NCBI GenBank assembly: GCA_964510585.1
Contig: CAZECW010000039.1
Span: 1 to 15,140 of the forward strand
Length of the DNA stretch: 15,140 nt
Source of the DNA: an uncultured archaeon
GTDB taxonomy: Archaea; Asgardarchaeota; Jordiarchaeia; Jordiarchaeales; Jordiarchaeaceae
Reading direction: 5' to 3'
The notes under the pieces are model-generated. The model saw only the letters and a list, made by a program, of their open reading frames with translations, was not told the DNA's origin and did no database searches. Position numbers and translations under genes: made by a program. Of the stretch, positions 1 to 6,782 are shown one piece after another (within the stretch, counting starts at the first letter, position 1; each line of letters starts with the position of its first letter).

Positions 1-67
1 TTTTCTCCTTTTTGAGGAGGTCTACGTCTTCCCGGTTGAAGTAGAGTTTTCCCTTCCATACTATCAA
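1..67 (-). CDS. 5' start of a probable downstream gene running off the left edge (MIVWKGKLYFNREDVDLLKKEK...)
   Basis: TTG at 67 preceded by AAGGTGA SD; open for 22 codons to the edge with protein-like composition; different frame from GH1. Too short to assign a function. Confidence 0.5.
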   Translation of the reverse strand, partial: MIVWKGKLYFNREDVDLLKKEK

Positions 68-1379
68 GAATTGTCACCTTCCCTCTAAACTCAGAAAAGA
101 AATTTAAAGAGGGGGGTGACAGATGTCTATGATTTCTACACTCATACACCTGCCACTGTTGGAATGGTTTCTTCATGGAGTGGTATTTCTGGTAGTCCTT
201 TTGGGAGAAGCCGTTGTTTTTACAAATTTTTCCATAGAATTCTCCAGCGGGCGTAATTTTTCTCTTAAGTGAGCCCACCAAGTCAATATGTCCTCTTACC
301 TCCCTTTCCTCGCCTTCAACATCCACCAGTGCGAAGAAGGGTCTATAGTTGTACCCCCACTCGTAGCTGTGGAGCGTACACCACCAATTGTATGCGAAGA
401 CTTCCACTTTGTCCAGTGTAATGGCATCGTGTAGAGCTTTAAGGTGTTCCAGCATAAATTTTATTTTCTCATCGTGATCCCGCGTGGGAAACCCGTTTTC
501 AACCACCGCGACTGGTTTTCCGTATCTTTTATAGAAATCATTTACTATGGTACGCAGTCCTTCCGGATACACTACATCTTGTGCTACACCAACGTTTTCC
601 TTCATGACCACCTTGGAGTAATAGTCAATTCCACAGTAATCCATCTTGTCCTTTATCCTATCCAAAATTTGATAGTTTAATGCTTGTGTGGCTATCTTCA
701 CTGATGCCTGATGCGTGTCATTCTTGGGGTCTTCGGGAACGAACACTGCACAATAGTTGGATATTCCCACCTTGGTTTTCTTGGAGTTAGCGTGTATCAC
801 GTCGAAGCTATCGAGTAGGGCTTCAACCATATTGGCGCCGCAGGCGAAGGCCTCCTCCACACTATTGTGAAAGGGGGGCAAAGCGTCATGGAGACTTAAT
901 CTTCCCATATAGGCTAAAAGAGCGTACATTTGGGGCTCATTTATAACCACAGCGTAGTCAATGTATTCCCCAAACTCCTTTGCGACTAGCTCCACGTATT
1001 CCACAAATTTCTCCACTACCTTCTTTGAGAGCCAGCCTTGATAGTTATGAATCCAAAGAGGATTTGTGAAGTGGTGGAGGGTGACCCAGGTTTTGAGACC
1101 TGTTTTTCTGAGTTCGGAGAAATAGTTGTGGTAAAAGTTTATGGCGTCCCTACTTATTTTTCCCTCTTCAGGCTCGATTCTTGCCCACTCAATAGATGTT
1201 CTCCAGGCGTTATGGTTCATTTTTAGGAGGAGCTGAAAATCCTCCCTGTAATATTCCACGTGTTTTGCAGTCCACCTTAAGGGGAGGTCGCACCTAGAGC
1301 CACCAAAGGCTTGATAGTCGCTAATGCAGCTACCCCAAAGGAACCCCTCAGGGAACCTACAAACCGAGTTTTTACTCAT
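3..1379 (-). CDS. Glycoside hydrolase family 1 (beta-glycosidase), divergent; no stop codon within the window (homology ends near nt ~140)
   Basis: Hand translation from ATG 1379 (SD AGGTGG upstream): MSKNSVCRFPEGFLWGSCISDYQAFGG, RTSIEWARIEP, TLHHFTNPLW, VINEP (acid/base E148), DYCGIDYY, VVENG (nucleophile E294), YNWWCTLHSYEWGYNY. These are GH1 motifs in the canonical order. The frame stays open to the window edge, so it is absent from the ORF track. Confidence 0.95.
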   Translation of the reverse strand, partial: MSKNSVCRFPEGFLWGSCISDYQAFGGSRCDLPLRWTAKHVEYYREDFQLLLKMNHNAWRTSIEWARIEPEEGKISRDAINFYHNYFSELRKTGLKTWVTLHHFTNPLWIHNYQGWLSKKVVEKFVEYVELVAKEFGEYIDYAVVINEPQMYALLAYMGRLSLHDALPPFHNSVEEAFACGANMVEALLDSFDVIHANSKKTKVGISNYCAVFVPEDPKNDTHQASVKIATQALNYQILDRIKDKMDYCGIDYYSKVVMKENVGVAQDVVYPEGLRTIVNDFYKRYGKPVAVVENGFPTRDHDEKIKFMLEHLKALHDAITLDKVEVFAYNWWCTLHSYEWGYNYRPFFALVDVEGEEREVRGHIDLVGSLKRKITPAGEFYGKICKNNGFSQKDYQKYHSMKKPFQQWQVYECRNHRHLSPPSLNFFSEFRGKVTILDSMEGKTLLQPGRRRPPQKGE

Positions 1380-1535
1380 TAAACCACCTTTTTAAAGCCC
1401 CTACCAAAAATGGAGAGAAGCGGTGCGCTCCTTACCCTATTTTTGAGAATTTCCCTTCATTTTTCTTCTCTTTTCTTCTAACTTCTGGGAACTAAAATAA
1501 TTATTGGTTTGCTTTTGTCTGAAATACTTAATAGA

Positions 1536-1550
1536 TTGTGTGATTCACAA
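1536..1550. promoter_or_regulatory. Palindromic putative operator TTGTGTGATTCACAA
   Basis: Perfect TGTGA-T-TCACA inverted repeat (1539-1549) nested in TTGTG-N5-CACAA, just downstream of an AT-rich TATA-like stretch in the divergent GH1/MBL intergenic region. Confidence 0.35.
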
Positions 1551-1574
1551 AGTAATTAATTTAGTGGTGATTTT

Positions 1575-2486
1575 ATGGAGTTGGAGACGCTTTCAGAACA
1601 TGTGGGCTTCCTAACCACCAGAGTAAAGGTGGGAGTATTAACCAATCAAGACAGGTGTATACTTGTGGATTCGGGCTTGGATTCGAGCACTGCAAAAAAG
1701 ATTCTATCACTTTTAGGAAGAGAGGGATTAAATGTTGTGGGTGTTATAAACACCCACAGCCATGCAGATCACTATGGGGGAAGCTCATATATTAAGAGTA
1801 AAACAGGAGCAAGGATTTATTCCTCGGCTCTGGAGGCTGCAATAATTGAGAATCCATGTCTGGAACCCATTTACTTTGCTGGGGGAGCGCATCCTCCCAG
1901 AGAATTAATGAATAAGTTTATGATGGGTGAAGCGTGTAGTGTTGACCAGATTGTTCAGGAGGGAAAATTGGAAGCCAACTCTTTACAGGTGGACATCATA
2001 AATCTTCCGGGTCACAGCCCTCAACAAATCGGGGTGCTGGCTGAAAAAACGTTCTTCTGTGCTGATTCAGTTTTCCCACCTGAAGTTTTAGAAAAACACC
2101 AAATAATCTTTCTCCACAATGTCCACGATGCCCTAGAATCGCTCAAAAAGCTATCCGCCATTAACTGCGAGTACTTTCTTCCCAGTCATGGAGAACCGCT
2201 AAAAAAAGAGGAACTGGAAAAACTGGTAAGCCTAAACCGGGAATCAATAAAAATGGTTGAAAAAACCATCCTTGAAAACTTATCCTCCCCCCTAGAACTA
2301 AGTGAACTAATAGCTAGAGTTTTAAACCAGCACAATATGAGTATAACGAGTTACTCGGAATACCACCTTTTCTCTTCAACAATCAAAGCATATCTCAGTT
2401 ACCTCCAAGAAAAAGGCCTAATAGAATTCAAAGTGAAAAACAACTACCCCCTAGCCTCCAAAAAACCATCCCAACTCGAATTATGA
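1575..2486 (+). CDS. MBL-fold metallo-hydrolase with C-terminal helical (winged-helix-like) extension
   Basis: LVDSG, HSHADH, LPGHS, CADS and PSHG metal-binding motifs all intact; GGTGA SD at 1566-1570. Confidence 0.92.
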   Translation: MELETLSEHVGFLTTRVKVGVLTNQDRCILVDSGLDSSTAKKILSLLGREGLNVVGVINTHSHADHYGGSSYIKSKTGARIYSSALEAAIIENPCLEPIYFAGGAHPPRELMNKFMMGEACSVDQIVQEGKLEANSLQVDIINLPGHSPQQIGVLAEKTFFCADSVFPPEVLEKHQIIFLHNVHDALESLKKLSAINCEYFLPSHGEPLKKEELEKLVSLNRESIKMVEKTILENLSSPLELSELIARVLNQHNMSITSYSEYHLFSSTIKAYLSYLQEKGLIEFKVKNNYPLASKKPSQLEL

Positions 2487-2562
2487 AAAATTAAGGAAAC
2501 AAAAATAAATCTGAACAGCAAAAAAATTACCATAAAAAACTTCAGGTTTTCATATTTCTAAA

Positions 2563-2595
2563 ACGCTTCCAGCGTAAGGGTCGTTTACTATAAAA
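2563..2595 (+). promoter_or_regulatory. Putative promoter of the methyltransferase: ACGCT-TCC-AGCGT inverted repeat plus TATA-like TTTACTATAAAA
   Basis: Inverted repeat at 2563-2575; TATA-like box at 2584-2595, about 25 nt before ATG 2615. Confidence 0.35.
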
Positions 2596-2614
2596 CTTTT
2601 GGGAGAGACTATCC

Positions 2615-3661
2615 ATGAACTCGTATGACCGTGTTATGACGGCACTAAAGGGCAACAAAGAGGAATTGGACTATGTTCCCTGCATTAGCACTACTTCCAG
2701 TTGCACCCTAGAACTTATGGAACGCTTCAACTGTAAATGGCCAGACATACATAGAGACCCCGAGAAAATGGCTAGAATTGCCTCCGCCGCCCATAGGGTC
2801 TGCGGATTGGACATGATAACTATTCCTTTTGACATGGTTGTTGAGGCGGAACTATTTGGGGTAAGCATTGATTTCCATGAGGATAAGATAGACTCCAAAT
2901 ATAGTTATTGGCCCACAAGAAGGAAGCCCTTAAGCAAAACGGTCGTACCCCTCATTCCTCCCGAAAACATTCCCCAGCAGGGAAGAGTACCAACCATAGT
3001 GAAGGCCATAAAAATACTCAAAGAAGAATTCGGCGGCAAGGTGCCCATAAACGTGCATCTTGTTCCCCCATTCACCAGCATCAGCTACTACATTTTAGAC
3101 ACCGCAAGCTTCTTCCTATCTCTAGTCAGAGGACCAGAAAAAGTGAAAACAGTCCTAGACGAAGCCCTACCCATATATATAGAACTGGCCAAAACATACA
3201 GTGAAGCTGGAGCAGACACAATAACCCTCCACGAAATGGGAGCCAGCACCAAAACGATAAACCCCATACAGTTTGAGGATCTGGTTAAACCCTACATAAA
3301 AAGAATGACGCAAAACTTGGAAACAACAATACTAAATATCTGTGGACCAACAATTCCCCTCCTCAAACAAATGGTGGAGTGTGGGGCAACGGCCATAGCC
3401 GTAGACGAAACCGGCACTATGAGAGAAGCAAGAAGTATTGTGGACAAGGCTAAACCCGGATACCCCATAATAGGCAACCTCTCCCCCAAAAACCATCTAG
3501 CAGAGGGAACACCCGAACAGATTAGCGAAGCAGTAAAAAACGCCATACAAGATGGAGTAAACCTAGTGGCACCGGGATGCGACCTTGTATTAGAAACACC
3601 TACCATAAACTTGTGCGCCATGGTTGAAGCCACAAGAAAGTATGGGGCAATCAAGCGGTAG
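2615..3661 (+). CDS. MtaA/CmuA-family methylcobalamin-dependent methyltransferase homolog (URO-D fold)
   Basis: N-terminal WPDIHRDPEKMA...CGLD.I.IPFD.VVEAE.FG segment typical of MtaA-like proteins; C-terminal IIGNLSP and APGCD; 348 aa. The Zn motif reads NICG instead of HICG. Confidence 0.88.
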   Translation: MNSYDRVMTALKGNKEELDYVPCISTTSSCTLELMERFNCKWPDIHRDPEKMARIASAAHRVCGLDMITIPFDMVVEAELFGVSIDFHEDKIDSKYSYWPTRRKPLSKTVVPLIPPENIPQQGRVPTIVKAIKILKEEFGGKVPINVHLVPPFTSISYYILDTASFFLSLVRGPEKVKTVLDEALPIYIELAKTYSEAGADTITLHEMGASTKTINPIQFEDLVKPYIKRMTQNLETTILNICGPTIPLLKQMVECGATAIAVDETGTMREARSIVDKAKPGYPIIGNLSPKNHLAEGTPEQISEAVKNAIQDGVNLVAPGCDLVLETPTINLCAMVEATRKYGAIKR

Positions 3662-3798
3662 ACAAAACCCCTTTGAGATTTAAAACTAGTTGAGTGGTTA
3701 TCCCAAGTGAAAAATCACCATCAAACCAAGATAAATCCCAAATTGTAATCTATACTGGCGCGATTCCTATACAAATGGGTAACCAGTAGTGTTCACCA

Positions 3799-4585
3799 AT
3801 GATTAAGGTAAATCAATTTGAGGAAGTAGCGCAGATAAAGTTGAGTCAAACCATGGACGAACGCTACCTTTACTGGGCTGCTGACTATTTAGTTGATGGG
3901 CTTCTCACCAATACTGGCCCTTAGGCATAGTGATAAAGAATTGGTGAAATTCTTAGAAGGCAAGAATGTGAGGCCCGCAGTTAATACACATCATCACGAA
4001 GACAATATAGGGGGCAAATTCTTTCAAAAAAGGTTTGGAATTAAAATATTTTCGCATCCTGAGGCAATCCCACTAATAAATCAGGTCCCTAAACTACTCC
4101 AATATCAGAAATGGTTTGGGGTCATTCCAAGCCTGCTAAGGTCTTCCCAATTCCGGAAGTAATAAAAACTGACTACTTTCGTTTCCAAGTAACAGAAACC
4201 CCAGGTAACTCAGTGAATTATGTGGAATTACTAAAACCTGAGAAGTATTGGTGTTTTACCGGTGTCCTCTTTGTTACGGAAAGACCAGAAGCTTTTCGGC
4301 CACACGAAGACTTAGCAGAAACCATCCAGTCAGTGAAAAATAGTGGGACTACCCACAAAGAGGCTTATTCTATTCACTGGACTGGGAGGGATAGTTCCAG
4401 ATGGCACAAAGGTTATACAAACATGTATAGAATATTTAGAAGACTTGTCGCAAAAAACTAATCTTGCAAAGAATGGACTTTCAGTAACTGCTATTCGAGA
4501 AGAGCTGATTGGTGAGGGCAGCCTATTTAGCCAAGTTAACAGAGGGAGATTTTCCGCTGAAAATTTGATTAAATCTATTCCCTGA
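3799..4585 (+). pseudogene. Frameshifted MBL-fold metallo-hydrolase pseudogene
   Basis: One coherent MBL protein is split over four frame segments: ATG 3799 MIKVNQFEEV...LVDGLLTNTGP*, then NTHHHEDNIGG (ORF 3893), VWG...TPGNS...CFTGV (ORF 4111), and LILFTGLG...FSAENLIKSIP* (ORF 4343). Shifts fall near 3920, 4108 and 4338. Confidence 0.88.
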
Positions 4586-4970
4586 ACAAACAAATAATTC
4601 CCGCATTAATCCTAAAATAAACTCGAGACTTATTTTAATTGCCTTTGCAAGTAGTAGGTTCATTTTCTTTTCTTTAGCTACCTCATCTATGATAATAATT
4701 TAAAAAAATCATAAAGTTTTAGACCGATGCAATATCTATTATTTGTTCAATGTTTTCAAACACTTTAAAATAGTAGCCTTGTTTCTTATGAGGTTAATAT
4801 GATTGTTGATGTAAACCAATTAATTCACGAGGTGATCCTACTATTTTTCTCCTATGGTATAAAACCTACGTTTTTCAATCTTTAAAGGGGGTTCTTTCTT
4901 CCAGATTTTTACTGGTTCACTAGGTCAATATTTTAAGTATTCCAGGGCTATTCTTTGTATAATTTGAATA

Positions 4971-4985
4971 AAATTTATATATTGA
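4971..4985 (+). promoter_or_regulatory. Putative TATA box of the vapBC unit
   Basis: AAATTTATATATTG, about 55 nt upstream of ATG 5035. Confidence 0.35.
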
Positions 4986-5034
4986 ATACTATAAGTAGGA
5001 TGATGAATGATATTTTAGGGTTAGGTAATCATTT

Positions 5035-5295
5035 ATGAAGCGTACGACGATCTCTGTTTCTGAAGCTGCTAAAAAAGAGTTGTTAAGGGAAATGGCTAGG
5101 TTACAGTTGAAGTGGGGGAAGAAGGTGGATTTTGAGGATGTTATAATAAATTTGGTTGTTCGGAATAGAAGGAGACCCGAACTCTTGGAAGAGGCGTGTA
5201 AACCAGTGGAAGGAGTTCATCCAGACTTGGTTATTAAGAGCCTTGTTGAAGAGAGGACTATGGATGTTGAAAGAGAGGAAAGAAAGGCACGCTGA
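5035..5295 (+). CDS. vapB: Putative VapB-type antitoxin (ribbon-helix-helix-like N-terminus)
   Basis: 86 aa; MKRTTISVSE beta-ribbon start followed by helices; charged C-terminus; lies upstream of and overlaps a PIN gene. Confidence 0.7.
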   Translation: MKRTTISVSEAAKKELLREMARLQLKWGKKVDFEDVIINLVVRNRRRPELLEEACKPVEGVHPDLVIKSLVEERTMDVEREERKAR

Positions 5296-5728
5296 AGAGG
5301 AACTTCCTAAAGGCAAGATAGTATTCGATGCAGGTGTACTTATAGAACAAATGTTATCTACAAGTAGAGGCGAAATTATAAAGGAAGCAATCCTAAATGA
5401 GGAAATACTTCCATATGTATCTCATATTACTTTGGCAGAGGCCTTGTATATACTTTGTAGGCACATTGGTTGGAATTTAGCTAACAGCAAAGTTGGGAAC
5501 CTAGTTAAATCTGGGTACTTTATAGTCGAAGATTTAGAGCATGTTTTTGGTATCTCAGCACAGTACAAATGCGAGCGTAAAATCTCCCTGGCTGATTGCT
5601 TCACGCTCGGTTTGGCTAAATACATTTCTGCACCCGCGCTCTTTGCAGTAAAAGAAAAGGAATTAACAAATGAAGGTAGAAAGAAGCCTTTTGACGTAAA
5701 AATCATTTTTCTTGAAGACCTTTTCTAA
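5264..5728 (+). CDS. vapC: PIN-domain ribonuclease toxin (VapC)
   Basis: IVFDAG, TLAEALY, SLADCF and EKEL acidic motifs of the PIN fold. Start reassigned from 5156 to ATG 5264 (GAGAGG SD at 5251-5256), giving 154 aa. Confidence 0.88.
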   Translation: MLKERKERHAEEELPKGKIVFDAGVLIEQMLSTSRGEIIKEAILNEEILPYVSHITLAEALYILCRHIGWNLANSKVGNLVKSGYFIVEDLEHVFGISAQYKCERKISLADCFTLGLAKYISAPALFAVKEKELTNEGRKKPFDVKIIFLEDLF

Positions 5729-5896
5729 AGAAATCTACATTGCAACCCTAAGATTAATGTGAGAGAGGTAAGAGGAGGACTTTCAGTGATTACTATTCGA
5801 AATTAACTCATCGGTGAATGTACTTCATTACTGCTAACGGATGGAGATTATTCTACTATAAGTCTATTTTTCGAAACGAAAAATAACTGGGGATAC

Positions 5897-6466
5897 TTAA
5901 GTTTTCATTAATTCCGCGAATTTTTCTGCAAAGCTGTGAATCTGGTTCCAGTCTCGAAAATCGTTTTTTCCTTTTTCATCAATTTTTATTCCGAACTCTT
6001 TAGACATTCCCTTTGCCGCCATCTTCAGGATTCTTTTATCCAAACCACCGATCCTTGAGGATTCGGAAAAATCGAAAACTCCCCCAAAGGCATCGTAAAG
6101 GTCAGCTTTTACTCCCACTTTTTCCATGGTTTTCTCTATCCAGTCCTTTTTTGCCTGTTCACGTTTGTCAGTGATGGAGGCAAATCCTGAACTAATAAAT
6201 ATGCCAAGCTTTTTCTCCTGGAATTCTCCTTTATGCTTCAAGAGAAATTCTTGGGGTTCCTTCACCCACTTCATAATCCTTATTCCGGAGCCAACTAAGA
6301 CTCCGTCAAATGGCTCTATGGAAGGCCAATCCTTTGACTTGGTCTTCTTAAGGTCGACAAGTTGAACCTCCAACCCTTGCTTTTCTAAAACCTTCGCAAT
6401 TTCCTGAGAAATCTCTTCAGTACTCCCATAGCGGCTACCATATGCAATTAACACCCTTTTACTCAT
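5897..6466 (-). CDS. Flavodoxin-domain protein (HemG/Flavodoxin_5-like)
   Basis: VLIAYGSRYGSTEEI FMN phosphate loop, DGVLVGSGI, AFGG and DFRDWNQI C-terminal motif. Start reassigned to ATG 6466 (GGAGG SD). Confidence 0.88.
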   Translation of the reverse strand: MSKRVLIAYGSRYGSTEEISQEIAKVLEKQGLEVQLVDLKKTKSKDWPSIEPFDGVLVGSGIRIMKWVKEPQEFLLKHKGEFQEKKLGIFISSGFASITDKREQAKKDWIEKTMEKVGVKADLYDAFGGVFDFSESSRIGGLDKRILKMAAKGMSKEFGIKIDEKGKNDFRDWNQIHSFAEKFAELMKT

Positions 6467-6590
6467 AAATAAAAGGCCTCCAGAAGATAAATCCAGCAAT
6501 TTCAGATACTTTATATTCTACTACAGTTTATATTAATCTCTTTTGTGTGTTTAGCTGTGGTTAAAGGATTGGATAATAAGGTTTCAAAAA

Positions 6591-6615
6591 GCAAAGTTTG
6601 GCTTTGCCTTTTTTT
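6591..6615 (+). terminator. Terminator-like hairpin GCAAAG-TTTGG-CTTTGC followed by T7, upstream of the CDF gene
   Basis: 6-bp stem, 5-nt loop, T7 at 6609-6615, A5 before the stem. Confidence 0.3.
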
Positions 6616-6782
6616 GGAGTGGAACTCTTGCTGGGAAAAAGGTCTTAAATAGAGCTCCTCTCCTAAGATTTTGGAATACTATGTCGCATTGATTTTTGCG
6701 ATCTAAATCTTTACCCTTTCGGATTTTAAAAGTCAGGAAAGTCTTAAAAGATTTTGAAATTTTAACTCTTTTGGGAGTGGAA

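Noticed and set aside
444-1226. Plus-strand ORFs 444..680 and 1038..1226
   Set aside because: Antisense shadows of the GH1 gene; no motifs.
1440-1490. Pyrimidine-rich tract in the GH1/MBL intergenic region
   Set aside because: Low complexity with no periodicity or identifiable structure.
2671-3654. ORFs 2671..2898(-), 2908..3204(+) and 3292..3654(-)
   Set aside because: Alternate-frame or antisense shadows of the methyltransferase.
3922-3933. In-frame TAG/TGA cluster as possible pyrrolysine or selenocysteine recoding
   Set aside because: Homology continues in a different frame, so this is a frameshift rather than read-through.
4600-4800. Minus-strand fragment (..IDIASV*NF..EVAKEKKMNLLLA) faintly resembling a PIN C-terminus
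   Set aside because: Requires stops and a frameshift and lacks the catalytic Asp; not distinguishable from AT-rich noise by eye.
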